A stretch of 64,000 nucleotides of DNA from Zootoca vivipara (lineage: Eukaryota): NCBI RefSeq assembly GCF_963506605.1, contig NC_083281.1, positions 24,614,001-24,678,000 on the forward strand, written 5' to 3'. A program made the translations under genes and the position numbers. The notes beneath the pieces are model-generated. The model ran no database searches, was not told the DNA's origin, and was given only the letters and a program-made list of their open reading frames with translations. This document shows positions 36,998 to 50,496 of the stretch, piece after piece. Each line of letters begins with the position of its first letter. Position 1 is the stretch's first letter.

Positions 36998-37323
36998 CAG
37001 TGTCGGATTTATGTATAACCTAAACAAGCTATAGTTTAGGGCCCCTATAGCTTGGGGGGGGGGACTAGATGTACATTTCCAAAATATAAGATAAAAAGTA
37101 AAATAAAACCTACATACAGCAACAGTGTTTTGTGTTGTGTAGGCTCCTATTTGTTATATGCAAATGGTTTTAGATACCTATTAGGTCCATAAATTACCAT
37201 ATATAGCATTTATTCAACACAAAAAACAGTGACAATTTGTTGCTGGCAAAGGACAGCTGGGCATATAAAGGGCCCCATTACCTTCAGTTGCTTAGGGCCT
37301 CATCAAACCTAAATCCAGCCCTG
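36998..37323. mobile_element. hAT MITE
   Basis: Ends CAGTGTCGGATTT / AAATCCAGCCCTG; perfect TSD GTTTTGAT; absent from duplication copy 1. Confidence 0.85.
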
Positions 37324-38577
37324 GTTTTGATGAAGTGTGAGCCTCACACTGCTTGCTTTTGCTCCCAATCAGGACACAGTCCAAGAAATGATCTACAAGA
37401 AGGAGGGGGACCTACAGCAATCCCATTTAGCTTACGATTTCTCAGAAATCACCTGTTTGAGCAGAGCTGTGTGCTGGGCAGGGGACGGGGAGAGGACAAC
37501 TTGTAAAGAGGATCTAATTTCTCCTCCAATATCATAACAACCCCAAGCTACTTTCTCTTTTCAAGGTTATGCAGGGTATACAGTTGCAAATCAGCAGCAG
37601 CAGAGCGTTTACCGTAGTAAGAAATACATGACTGTACCAATTTAGTAGGCTTTTGTCGGAGTAAACTCAAAGTACCTTGGTGATTTCAAACTGCATAGGG
37701 GTTTTCAGTCTCTGTTCGGGGTCTCCCATCAGAATTATGTATGTCATTCCTAGATCAAAACCGGTGATACACAGTCATCGCTGCTGGTCTTCAGTGCACA
37801 GCTACAACAAGGCAAGTCTATCTGTGAGTTTATGCACATTCCCAGCCTATGGACCTTGACAGTGAAACCTGACAGGTCTGAGCATGTGAACCAATATAAC
37901 ATGCATTATGACGCTTTTGCATTCTCAGGATTTTCTGCAATGCAAATGGGCCACGTGACAAATGTTGTGCATGAGTCCCTCAGCAGAAAGTTAGTGTTGA
38001 AAGGGCTCCCTTTAAGCAGAACAAAGTATCTCTGCACATGCTAATGCAATCCTTTCACTGTCCCCACCCCCACCATCTATTTTGATGCAAATAACAGGAG
38101 AGGTCTATGCAGAGAAAGGGTTTGAAGAAAGAACTTGACACACTTTAGATATGAGACAGAACCTTGTTGTCATTGCATTCTTATATTAATAAGTCTGTGG
38201 CCAATGTACATCTACACTGTCTCCCAGCTCCATCTGGTACGCAGGCTGAGTCCCTATCTCCCTGCAGACAGTATCGTCAGAGACCACTTTAGTTATGTCC
38301 TGCTTAGACTACTACAATGTGCTCTATGTGGGGCTACCTTTGGAGGTGACCTGCCCACGGACTGTCTCACCAGAGTGGTGCATGCTTTCGTTATCTCCCA
38401 CTTGGACTGCTGCAATGCGCTCTACGTGGGGCTACCTAATAGTAGGCTATCTGATGTAGCCTACTGCAGATGCAGGTCCGGTTGTGCAACCATGGGCATC
38501 ATGTGTCCTGATCAGCTGCATTTTCCCCACAGCACTGTTCTGCACCCGCAGCCTGCCATTTACACCCAAGCCTATGG

Positions 38578-38578
38578 A

Positions 38579-38623
<45 letters not shown>

Positions 38624-39655
38624 TTATTTGTACCCCGCCCACCCAGCTGGGTCTCCCCAGCCACTCTGGGCAGTTCCAACAAAATATTAAAATACAATAA
38701 AATGTCACAAATGAAAAACTTCCCTAAACAGGGCTGCCTTCAGATGTTTTCTAAATGTCGCGTAGTTGTTTATGTATTTGACCTCTGATGGGAGGGCATT
38801 CCACAGGGTGGGCGCCACTACCGAGAAGGCCCTCTGCCTGGTTCCCTGTAGCTTTGCTTCTCGCAGTGAGGGAACCACCAGAAGGCCCTCGGCGCTGGAC
38901 CTCAGTGTGTGGGCAGAACGATGGGGGTGGAGACGCTCCTACAGGTATACTGGGCCGAGGCCATTTAGAACTTTAAAGGCCAGCACCAACACTTTGAATT
39001 GTGCTCAGAAATGTACTCGGAGGCAATGTAAGTCTTTCAAGACCGGTGTTATGTGGCCTCGGCGGCCGCTCCCAATCACTAGTCTAGCTGCAGCATTCTG
39101 GATTAGTTGTAGTTTCCAGGTCACCTTCAAAGGTAGCCCCACGTAGAGCTGTGTACCAGATGGAGCTGATAGACAGCTGCCCTGGATACAGAACTGACCT
39201 GTGCCTCCATGGACAGCTGTGAGTCCAAAATGACTCCCAGGCTGCGCACCTGGTCCTTCAGGGGCACAGTTACCCCATTCAGAACCAGGGAGTCCTCCAC
39301 ACCACCCCGCCCCCTGTCCCCCCAAAACAGTACTTCTGTCTTGTCAGGATTCAACCTCAATCCATTAGCCACCATCCACCCTCCAACTGCCTTCAGGCAC
39401 TCACACAGGACATTCACTGGTTCCGATTTAAAAGAGAGGTAGAGGTGGGTATCATCCGCATATTGATGGACACCCAGCCCAAACCCCCTGATGATCTCTC
39501 CCAGCGGCTTCATGTAGATGTTAAAAAGCATGGGGGGGGAGGACAGACCCCTGAGGCACCCCACAAGTGAGGGCCCAGGGGTCTGAACATTCATCCCCCA
39601 CCCTCACTTTCTGGACACAGCTCAGGAGGAAGGAGCAGAACCACTGTATAACAGT
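38578..39655 (-). mobile_element. L2-type LINE fragment with (AAT)n tail
   Basis: YADDTHLY, LNPDKTE, LGVILDSQL motifs; tail at 38578-38625. Confidence 0.85.
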
Positions 39656-39940
39656 GTTTTATCCAACTTTATTCATGCTCAGAGAACACCAATGAATGCA
39701 CCTGATTAACTAGAAGGGTTTTTTAAAAAATATCTAGGTCTGTAGGAAAAAAAATGTCTACGGTCATTTGCAAATATTCTACACTGCAGTAGTAGGAAGG
39801 CTGGGCTCTGAGTAGTCCTATTTCACCAATGCCACGTGGCTTAAGTGCAGACAATTCAGGTGCTGCTGAGACTGACACAGAGGCAGCAACAGCAGAGGTA
39901 AAGGATTACCCACGTGGGATGCTTCCACAGGTGATATTTT

Positions 39941-40219
39941 GGGACTTGCCAGAAAAGGCAGCATCCCCGCTGGCAAACGGGCTGCTTGGAGCTCCTTATG
40001 GCCAGGAATGCGGCTTTAGCTATTTATTGCGATCTTATTTCATCCTCGCTCGTTACCTTCACTTTCGTTTTTGCTTTTAGTAGTATGACTATCAGGAGGG
40101 AGAGGGTATAAAAGGGAGACAGGGGGGGGGGAGCAGGGAGGAGAAAAGCGCGAAAACCTCGAAGCAAAACCTCTGAGGAGAGGACTCAGCTTGACTGCAA
40201 AAAATCGGTCCAGCAGCAG
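39941..40219 (+). promoter_or_regulatory. IRG promoter / first-exon module P4 (likely for the gene at 42532)
   Basis: Mutated kB/GAS GGGACTTGCCAGAA; strong IRF site TTCACTTTCGTTTT at 40058; TATAAAA at 40107; donor CAG|GTAGGG at 40220. Confidence 0.7.
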
Positions 40220-41237
40220 GTAGGGAGTTGAACTTTTCCCATGATTTCCTGTTTGTTTGTTTGTTTGTTTGAGCTTGTTTGCTTTAAAGGAGACTCTGAG
40301 CTCCTTGCTTGGGGGGTAGCAGAAACAATGTTTTGTTGTTGTTGTTGTTGTTTGTTGTCTACCTTTTACCTTTTTATTGTTATTTTTTACCTTTTTGTTG
40401 TTATTATATTAACCATTACATTATACCTATTGTGATATCATATATCATATCATATTATAAACAATAATATTATTATTAACAATGATGTCGGAGAAGGCTG
40501 CCCTTCTTCCCCGCAGCAAAGGGAATAAATAGCATGCCACCCTCAGGGAGCAGGCAGAGCAGGTGCTACTATAAGAGTCCCCCCCCACAAGCTTAATAAA
40601 AGACGTTTATTAGCATTGCAATGCAGTTTATGATCCCACCCCCTTTGTCAGAGCGGGGAACGGGGTGCAGAACAGAAGAATACAGCAACTTCTATTCTCC
40701 AAACAATGCCCTGAGTCTGAAGAGGCAGAGACCATCTGGGCTGCCTCTTAGTGCAGAAGCAAAGCATAAGAGTTCTAAGTAACTGCCCTGAAGCCAATGG
40801 GGCCGGTCTCCCTTTAGTGTATTAATTCAATATATCCCTCTGCAGACCTCCCCCCCCCCCAAGTTGATGGATTTATTACTCCTGCAAGAAAGCAGCAGGA
40901 ACACCGCTGCATCCCAGCACTTGCTGGCATGTAAAAATGATATCTGTGCGCTACCTCTGATTAGAAAAACTGCATGGCAAGGGTTCGAGCTAGGGCAGGG
41001 CAGAAGATGCTAGAGGTTCTCTTGGTTCAGGGTAGGTGCTGCCTGAGGAACCTGGATAGCTCAGTGGGTTAGACCATGCTGCTGATAATGCCAAGGTTGC
41101 AGATCAGCTGCATATTCCTGCATTGCAGGGGGTTGGACTGGATGACCCTCAGGGACCCTTCCAACGCTAGAGTTCTATAATTCTAAGACTTTTCCAAGTC
41201 GCCCTGTCCAGGCTTTCCATATCCTTCCATGAATGTG

Positions 41238-41575
41238 GTAAAGGTAAAGGGACCCCTGACCATTTGGTCCAGTCGCAAACGACTCTGGGGTTGTGGCCGA
41301 GGGAGACGGCGTACAGCTTCCGGGTCATGTGGCCAGCATGACTAAGCCGCTTCTGGCGAACCAGAGCAGCGCACAGAAACGGCGTTTACCTTACCGCCAG
41401 AGCGGTACCTACCGGTATTTATCTACTTGCACTTTGATGTGCTTTTAAACTGCTAGGTTGGCAGGAGCAGGGACCAAACAACGGGAGCTCACCTCATCTC
41501 AGGGATTTGAACTGCCAGCCTTCTGATTGGCAAGCCCTAGGCTCTGTGGTTTAGACCACAGTGCCACCCACATCC
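41238..41575 (-). mobile_element. Sauria SINE
   Basis: Reverse-complement homolog of 28728-29108. Confidence 0.85.
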
Positions 41576-42531
41576 CAAATGTTGAAGTTGGGGAAGGGAA
41601 GTTTCATCTTTAGTCCTTTACTTTAGTCCTGTTGCACTTTAGTCCCAGCACTTTAGTCCTGTTGCAAAATCGCCTCCCCATATCAGTTCAAACAAAAAAA
41701 TAAATAAAAAGCTACTGATAACACCCCCCAGTTAATGAATCATGGAGTTATGTCATACAGAATGTCTTTAATTCAAAAAAGGGTTTTATGCTCTCTCTTT
41801 TCCTTTAGCTGTATTTCATTTATTTATTTACTCATTATATTTATATAGCTTTCGGGAGAAGATAATGTTGCTGATAATGGGTTGTCTTCAACTAACATTT
41901 ACTCAGAGTAGACCTATTAAAAAGTAATAGACCTTAGGCATGGTTATAAATTTCATTGAGTCATTGCTGAGCAAAAGTTAGTTGACAAGAACTGAATGTG
42001 GATATTTTCCCCAGTACTGAATATGTGGATATTTTCCCCAGAACTGAATGTGGATATTTTATTGGTGACATTTGTGAAAGTGGCAGGGCAAGACTTGGCC
42101 AGAATATACTAGGGATATGCACAGTGCATTGGCATATTTATTTATGAAGTGTTTTATCCAAAGTTTTAGCCAAAAATTGGAATCTTTAGTGGGGTGTAAA
42201 TGCTTCCTTTAGACACATCTCTAGAAGCATGAACAATTTGAGTTCAAAAAAGATCCACATCTCACATAAACATGTGTTAAGGGTGTGAATGCATGCACAT
42301 ATAGATTTTTGAGAGATTGACAACAGGCACAATTCTTCACTTTATTGAAATACCGTACTACCAACTGCTGCTCAAACAACCCAATGGTAGAGACATGCCC
42401 TATGTAAATTGATTTTTCCACATAAACCATGGATTGTAAAGATGTCCATAAAAGTGTGTGGAAAGCTATAATCTAACTATTAGAGTTTTCTTCTCTTTCT
42501 CAGATAAACTGAACCACGAGGAATCACTGTC

Positions 42532-43764
42532 ATGGATCCTGCCATAACAATAGAAAGCTTAAAAAAAGACCTTGCTGAAGTGAAGGCTGCTTTGGAGCAA
42601 AAGAAATTAGAAGATGTTTCGGCTGAAGCTCAACAGCAGTCAAATTTATTAAAGAACATCAGGTTGGCAATTGCCATCACAGGAAGTTCAGGTGCTGGGA
42701 AATCATCTTTCGTCAATGCCCTGCGAGGAATGAAAGATCGTGCAGAGGGGGCAGCTAAAACGGGGGTGAAAGAAACAACAATGGTGCCACAAGAATATTC
42801 ATACCCCACATTCCCCAACTTCAAAATTTGGGATCTACCAGGAATTGGAACAGTTAAATTTAGTGCAAAGGAATACCTAACAAAGGTCAATTTCAGCAAT
42901 TATGATTTTTTCATCATTGTCTCCTCGGGACGCTTCACTGAGGATGACACCAACTTGGCTCTTGAGATCCAGAAAAATAAGAAGAAATTCTACTATGTGC
43001 GTAGCAAAGTGGATGTCGATATAGATAATGACAGGCGGTCAAAAGGCATCGATTTGGAGGACACCCATGAGGTGATGCAGTCTGAGAAGGAAACTCTTGA
43101 CACTGTACGGAAAGATAGCTATGATAATTTGAAGGCGTTAGGTGTGTCTTCTCCAAGGGTCTTTCTAATATCGAGGTGGGATTTGAGCAAGTATGATTTC
43201 CCCCTGCTTCAAGAGACCTTTGAAAAGGAACAGGATGAACTCAAGAGAGATGTTTTAATCATGTGTCTTCCGATTTTAACAAAAGATAGCATTAAAAAGA
43301 AGAAGGCTGCTATGGAGAGCCTGATATGGAAAAAAGCCATTGCAAGTTGTGCTGTTGGGTTGATTCCGCTCCCACTCCTCTCGTTTGGTTTTGACATTTC
43401 CATTGTGGTTTCGACAATGAGGGATATCGGCAAAGTTTTTGGCTTGGATGATTATTCCCTCAATATACTAGCAAACCGAGTGGGGAAACCTGTTGAGGAG
43501 TTGAAATCTGTTATTGAACATACCCCAAGCACCGATAAGATCACGGCAGAATTCGTCATGGATATCTTGAAGAGTTCAGCAATGTGGGGAACAATCACAG
43601 TGGTAGAGATGGTTCTGGATTTCATACCTCTGTTGGGGTCTCTCTATGGTGGGGGCAGTTCTTTTGCTACCACATTCTACTTGCTGAAGAATTTCCTGGA
43701 AAACGCTGTGAAAGATGCAGAGAAAGTTCAGGCAAAGGCTGCTGAGCCCAAGAGACACAAGTAA
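42532..43764 (+). CDS. Immunity-related GTPase, IRGC-like (410 aa, canonical GKS type)
   Basis: Acceptor TTCTCTTTCTCAG| at 42504 with an in-frame stop before the ATG; G1 GSSGAGKS, AKTGVKETT, DLPG, SKVD, complete C-terminal domain. Confidence 0.93.
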   Translation: MDPAITIESLKKDLAEVKAALEQKKLEDVSAEAQQQSNLLKNIRLAIAITGSSGAGKSSFVNALRGMKDRAEGAAKTGVKETTMVPQEYSYPTFPNFKIWDLPGIGTVKFSAKEYLTKVNFSNYDFFIIVSSGRFTEDDTNLALEIQKNKKKFYYVRSKVDVDIDNDRRSKGIDLEDTHEVMQSEKETLDTVRKDSYDNLKALGVSSPRVFLISRWDLSKYDFPLLQETFEKEQDELKRDVLIMCLPILTKDSIKKKKAAMESLIWKKAIASCAVGLIPLPLLSFGFDISIVVSTMRDIGKVFGLDDYSLNILANRVGKPVEELKSVIEHTPSTDKITAEFVMDILKSSAMWGTITVVEMVLDFIPLLGSLYGGGSSFATTFYLLKNFLENAVKDAEKVQAKAAEPKRHK

Positions 43765-43934
43765 ACAGCCAATACATCTACCTGGGAAGAGAGATCCAGG
43801 TGAAGCATGCATTATCTCATCTTTCTACCACATCATCAACCAATAGCTTTCTTCACAAGTGTGACCTCTGGTCTTGGAACATGGCATCCTAGCATGCTCC
43901 CTCTCTTCCTCTTCAGCTCAGCACAGACTGGAAA

Positions 43935-44762
43935 GAGAAGGTGCTGAATTGCAACTCATTACCAAGCTTAAAACCATGGAGAGACCTGGTCTGAATAAGG
44001 ACACTGGATTCATTATACAGTGGTACCTCGGTTTATGAACACAATTGGTTCCGGAAGTCTGTTCATAAACTGAAGCGTTCATAAACTGAAGCGAACTTTC
44101 CCATTGAAAGTAATGGAAAGTGGATTAATCTGTTCCAGATGGTCCGCGGAGTAACCGTTCATAAACTGAAGCGAACTTTTCCATTGAAAGTAATGGAAAG
44201 TGGATTAATCCGTTCCAGACGGGTCCGCAAAGTACTTAAACTGAAGCATTCATAAACTGAAACATGGGTGTAATTGGTTCCGGAAGTCTGTTCATAAACT
44301 GAAGCGTTCATAAACTGAAGCAAACTTTCCCATTAAAAGTAATGGAAAGTGAATTAATCCGTTCCAGATGGGTCCGCGGCGTTCATAAACCGAAAATTCA
44401 TAAACCGAGGTGTTCATAAACCGAGGTTCCACTGTACATGATCAAGCTTTCTTTAGCACCTCAGCCATTGCTTTTTCCTGCAAGACCAATTGCAGTTGTT
44501 AACAGTCGTTAACAGTCATCAACAGGTTTACCACTCCTATCAGCCAATCACCCATTCCCACCACCCTTCTGAGTAATACTCCTCCCCACCCTCTGACTAT
44601 ACATAAGGGTCTGGTGACGTCTGTTTCAGTGTATCTGAAGAAGTGTGCATGCACACGAAAGCTCATACCTATGACAAACTTAGTTGGTCTCTAAGGTGCT
44701 ACTGGAAGGATTTCTTAATTTTGTTTTGACTGCATCAGACCAACACGACTACCTACCTGTAA
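43935..44762 (+). mobile_element. Penelope-like element 3' fragment interrupted by a Tc1/mariner MITE
   Basis: Homologous to 49610-49975, including the CTGAAGAAGTGTGCATGCACACGAAAGCTCATACC terminal motif. Confidence 0.7.
44018..44434. mobile_element. Tc1/mariner-type MITE with internal direct repeats
   Basis: TA|CAGTGGTACCTCGGTTT ... AAACCGAGGTTCCACTG|TA; repeated TTCATAAACTGAAGC units. Confidence 0.9.
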
Positions 44763-46377
44763 CCTCCCTACTGCAGTTATTTCCCCAACTGTTCTATTTT
44801 TTTGTTTTAAACAATCATTTAATCCAGGCATGGGAAAGCTATAGGAAACAGCCCAAATTTAAGGGTCCTAACTTGAACCACAAGCCTGTTTTTTCTTAGC
44901 CTCCTTGTTGTGATGATTTATCTTTGCTTCACTTCACATCCTGGGTGGGTGGGTAGGGGAAGCCTGAGCCTTTGGGGAGGGTTTATTCTCTGGAAATAAG
45001 CATACACATACCCACAAATCACCTTGAATCTTAGGATGCTATGAAACAGAGAAAGACTGCTTTGTCTTCAACATAGTTGGAGTAGAGGGAGTTTAGTGTG
45101 TCCTCCTGCCACGAACAACTCCAGATAGGTGCTTTGTATTCTTTCTTTGTTTTTGTTTTGTTTTGTTTTTGAGGGATATGTGCTTTTCCTTTTTCCTTTT
45201 TCATTTCTTGGTTTTTGAGATTGTTATAGTCCATACATGATTTTACCAGCTGTTGAGATAGAAATCCAAGTTTTTCCAGCTGTCAGAGGTGGCTACTCTG
45301 ACAACTACTAGGAATTACACTAAGAGATGGCTATGCATGCAGTTGGGGCCAGCAACACCAGCTCTTAATTGTGGAATGAGTTTATCCCTCCTCAGAATGC
45401 AACTTTTCTGTAAAGTCTTACAGCAATGCCCTTGGAGGTTGAAATGTTCCCCCACTGGCTGCCAATACAAATAAACATACAAAGTAACATAGTTTTTATT
45501 GACAAATAGCAAAACACATTCAAACTCATTAGGTATGACTGATTATCATTAATCCAATATATTTCTTAGTTACTCTGTACTCTCTGCTTATATCTGTGTT
45601 TTGATTTCCAGACAACTCTAACCAAATAAAGCTCTGTGTTCCCCATTCATTATAATGAGGAATCAAAGAATCCCCCTTTGGCCAAAGTGGGTGAAATTTG
45701 CAGGCATAGGAGACCCTCCAAATTGGATTAAGCCTACCTAAATCCAGGGGCTCTTTGTGGAGGAAGTTAAGTGGGTTTACTTTCCTCCATACTTTTTTTG
45801 ATATTTTCATGGGTGGGAGGTTATTTCTTATCTTAAAATAATTAAGAGGTGTCTGTGTTTTGTGAATTTTTGCTTATACATTTTTTAAAAGAACATTTCA
45901 GCTTCATCCTGGCCTTTCCTTACAGGCCACTGATAAACCTAAAAGTGATTGGCATGTTTTATCCTCAGATATTTAGTACTCTGTTGGCAATGTTATGAAC
46001 ACTTGTCTTGCCAAATGCTAGGTGGTTCTTTTTAACTGAGATTCAGAGGCAATACAAAACACGAGTGAAAAGATTAAAGATTTTATTCTAAACAGCAAGC
46101 AATGTATACATTACCAAGCAAGCACTTCAATCTGCCACTTGGAATTCCTCAAGAAGTGGTGAAGCGTCTCCCCCATGTAGCCTTAGGTTTGCATGGCCCT
46201 GTGATCGATCAGTCCGTCCACAAGCTTCTCAGACTTTGCCCAACACCATCTGATTTACAACACTGCCTTGGCTTTCTGAGGAGAATTACGGCAACTGAAA
46301 AAGAGACTTGGGACAAGTATGGCATCAGGAGTTCTAGAGCCAAGAGTTGCTAGCCAAATTTCAGTTTATTTAAGAAC

Positions 46378-46379
<2 letters not shown>

Positions 46380-46433
<54 letters not shown>

Positions 46434-47693
46434 AGATTTATTTCTAGATTTCTTTCCATGCTTATTGCATATAAAAAAACCAATACCAAAAAGGGGTACA
46501 ACTTAAGAGGGGAGGGAAAAGAAAAGAAAATAAAATTTACACAATCTGTTGACAAGATAAAAATTATGACATAAATATGTGATTCCTTAATTCTTTTAAC
46601 ATAAATTTACTGCCATATCAAAATGCTGTTTTTATGTTAATATTTCCACAATTTATAAAAAATTATATTCATATAAGCAATTAATAAGAACAGCTGGGCT
46701 CACTCAAAAGCTGCTACAGATTTTAACATGGTATAATTTTGTTTAAGATATGTTCTGAAGGTCCCCATTTTGATACAAATTCAATTCTCGGTTTATTGTT
46801 TATTTTTTCAGATAGGCTATCTAATTCAGCATATTCAGTCAAATTTTGTATCCACTCTTGTGTAGAAGGAAATATGTTACTCTTCCACCTTGTAGCTATA
46901 AGAACTCTCACTGCCACTGTTGCATACAAAAAAAAAGAAAAATCTTTAATTTTTAAAGGAATATCTGAATCAGTAATGCCCAGCAGATATGCCTCTGGTT
47001 TCTTAATAAATGAGATTCTAAACATTTTTTCTAGTTAAAAGTGGATTTCCTCCCAAAATTTCTTTATTTAGCTACATTGCCACCATATATGGTACAATGA
47101 GCCTGTTTGGTCTCCATATCTCCAAGAATTACTTTTGGCTCCTTTGTACATTTTGGCTAATTTCCATGGAGTTAAATACCACCGGTGTTGCATTTTTAAC
47201 AAGTTTTCTTTATGGCATAAAGGTAAAGGGACCCCTGACCATTAGGTCCAGTCGTGACCGACTCTGGGGTTGCGGCGCTCATCTCGTGTTATTGGTCGAG
47301 GGAGTCGGCGTACAGCTTCCAGGTCATGTGGCTAGCATGACTCAGCCGCTTCTGGCAAACCAGAGCAGCACACGGGAACGCCGTTTACCTTCCCGCTTGG
47401 AGCGGTACCTATTTATCTACTTGCACTTTGACATGCTTTCGAACTGCTAGGTTGGCAGGAGCTGGGACCGAGCAATGGGAGCTCACCCAGTCGCAGGGAT
47501 TCGAACCGCCACCCTTCTGATCAGCAGGCCCAGGCTCTGTGGTTTAACTCACAGTGCCACCTGCATAGCACATAGTAAATTTCCAATTATTCTTCCACAG
47601 GTTTTCCCATTGAGACATTGTTATAGCATACCCAAAGTCTTGAGACCACTTTAGCATGGCTGATGCAACTTCCTCCTCCTCGACTTCCCAAAT
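46380..47693 (-). mobile_element. 5'-truncated L1 LINE with (GAAA)n tail and a nested Sauria SINE (47218-47563)
   Basis: L1 ORF2 C-terminus-like peptide (YLLG...RVLIATRWK...EW); 33-bp flanking direct repeat at 46347-46379 and 47694-47726. Confidence 0.75.
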
Positions 47694-48296
47694 TTGCTAG
47701 CCAAATTTCAATTTATTTAAGAACATGTTTCACTTGGGCTGTGCATCGGATCCAGCTCAATCCAATTAATCTACATAGGATTATCAACATAGGATTGGGT
47801 CAGATTATGCTGAGGCAACCCCAGATCACACCAGATCAGGCCGGCCAACCCATCTCACTCACTATTCCATCTTTAAAAACAATTTATATATTTGTAATCA
47901 CAACAACATATGAACCTACCTGGACCCTGACATCATCTTCAGAGGCCCTCCATCATGTTCCTCCTCCTTGAGAGGTTTGGTGTGTAGCAACACGAGAATG
48001 GGCCTTCTCTGCAGTGGCTCCCCTTCTGTGGAATGTTCTCCCCAGGGAGGTTCACCTGGCACCTTCATTATACACCTTTAGGCGCCAGGCAAAAGCGTTC
48101 CTTTTCAACCAGGCCTTTGGCTGATCTGATTTACATACTATGCCCTTTTAAAATGTAGGGTTTTTGGGGGGGGGAGGGCTATTGTTCTGTTGTTTTCAGT
48201 TTATTAGGTATCTTGTAGTTTTATATCCTGATTTTATTCTGTGAACCACCCTGAGACCCCTGGGTATAGGATGGTATATAAATTCAATTAATAATT

Positions 48297-48351
<55 letters not shown>

Positions 48352-49339
48352 CGTCAAACACCATCCAAAATGACTCAGGGCAGCAGCAGGAACAACAACA
48401 ATTTTATTATTTGTACCCTGACCATCTGACTGGGTTGCGCCAGCCAGCCTGGGCACCTTCCAACATATATGAAACAGCTCCTAGGAGTTGGCTGCCATGC
48501 AAGGGAGTCTCTCAAATGTGAATCTCCTGGAGCGGTGAAAGAAGGCAGCTCAAGCATACAGCTGGACAAGAGGGAAGGAAACAGGGTGTCTACCTGAGTA
48601 ATGAGATCATGGAAATAAGCTCTGGAGATTTGGGGTTGCCATGCTGAGGGCAGAGTTTGATGCTCAATTACATTCATAAAAGCAAGCAATGCAAAACACT
48701 GGGAGAGAGCTAATGTCTCTGCAGTGGCCTCTTGCTGAATAGGAGGAGCTGCTCATATCCCCCCCACCCAAGGGAGAAAATTCAGGGGGGGGCACCCTAG
48801 GGGGTCTCATGGGGTTTACACTTGCCCAGCATGCTTCAGAGTAGGCCCCTCCCCCTGTGACAGCCTTTGATAACCACCTTAACCACCTTGTGTTCCCCCT
48901 CCAAAAATCATATTTGAGGGGCACCCCTTCCCAAAAAAGTTGATGGGCATTGCCCTTGCCCTTGTGAGAAAGTGGCAGGAACACAGCTGCTGCCTGGCAC
49001 TTCCTCGTATGCTCCCCAGCTCCTCTCCCTCTTTCACCCATTGCAGCTCAGCTCTGCTTCCGGGCTTGGGGACAGAGAGGGAGCCAAGCAACAGAGGGAA
49101 CAAGACTGGGTGCTAGGGGGCCAACTTAAAATATGGGGAGAGGCTGATACACCCTGCCTCACCTTATAGATCACACCATTTGACTGGCAATGCCCATCAC
49201 CTTGTGGAGAGCAGCCCCCCCCCAATATTTTATTGGGGGGGGCAAAGAGACCTTGGCCCCCAGGAGCTGGCTCCTATATCTGTCGTTCTCATTCTCCCCA
49301 GCTCCTCTCCCTCTCTCACTCATCTCAGCTACTTTAATA

Positions 49340-49975
49340 AAACAGCTGCTTTGAGAATGGACATAAATCTGACATAAATAAATGGACATAAATCTGACAT
49401 CAGGAACCACAAGACAGAGAAACCAGTAGGAGAACACTTCAATCTCCCAGGACATCCTATACAAGATCTCAAAGCAGCTGTTTTATTACAGAAAAATTTC
49501 AGAAACAGACTGGAAAGCATAGCTGCCAAGTTATCCCTTTTTTTCAGGGATTTTCCATTATGCTGAATAGGCTTCCTCGCGAGAAAAGGGAAAACTTGGC
49601 AGCTATGCTGGAAAGAGAAGTTGCTGAATTGGAACTCATTACCAAGCTTAAAACCATGGAGCCACCTGGGATGAACAAAGACATAGGAGTCTTATCTCAT
49701 TATGCATGATCAAGCTTTCTTTAGCACCTCAGCCCTTGCTTTCCCCCCCGCAGGACCTATTGCAGTCATCAGCAGTCGTTAACAGCCATCAACAGGTTTA
49801 CCACTCCTATCAGCCCATCACCCATTCCCACCACCCCCACCACCCTCTGAATATACATAAGGGTCTGGTGACGTCTGTTTCAGTGTATCTGAAGAAGTGT
49901 GCATGCACACGAAAGCTCATACCAAAATAAAAACTTAGTTGGTCTTTAAGGTGCTACTGAAGGATTTTTTTTATT
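49340..49975 (+). mobile_element. Penelope-like element fragment (GIY-YIG endonuclease C-terminus and terminal repeat)
   Basis: Encodes NGHKSDIRNHKTEKPVGEHFNLPGH. Confidence 0.8.
49518..49607 (-). mobile_element. 90-bp hAT MITE with kB-like site
   Basis: Same TIRs as 28031; TSD CTGGAAAG; GGGATTTTCC at 49547-49556. Confidence 0.9.
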
Positions 49976-50090
49976 ATTTTCAGTTTCTCTCAATTTCTCA
50001 TTTTTCCAATATTTAATTTCAGCTCTTCACATCTCCCTATCTGTTGGTTATTTCCTTTTTTAAAAAGTTCCCATGAAAATTCATCAGGAC

Positions 50091-50136
<46 letters not shown>

Positions 50137-50496
50137 GCTGCTACTACTACTACTATTATAACTGTGTTATTATTATTTCCCTCAAAAGGCAGTGTATAAA
50201 TTAATGCAATGGAGACAGCTAAAATGAGATCATGAGCTGCAAGCGCCCACGCTATGAAGAAATCATGATGGAACATTGTGTATTTCGCAGGATTTACGTC
50301 CTGATTAATTGCAATAAAACCTCAAAGCAGTTGAGACGGGCGATAGAACCCTTCCTGCTTCTTTGCGGGCTCTAAAACATTTCGCGCCTCCCTGAAATTT
50401 CTACCGTCCTTTGCAAAGACTCCAATCTACACTGCAGTACATACGTAGTAGGAGACTCTGGACTCTGGGAAGTCACAGAATCATAGAATTGTAGAG

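Larger units (their letters stand above)
34250..40572 (+). repeat. Segmental duplication copy 2
   Basis: Collinear with 22808-27258, expanded by copy-specific hAT (34319, 36998) and L2 (38578) insertions. Confidence 0.85.

Noticed and set aside
44030-44425. Regularly spaced direct repeats superficially like a CRISPR array
   Set aside because: Internal repeats of a Tc1/mariner MITE in a vertebrate genome; the intervening sequences are themselves repeated
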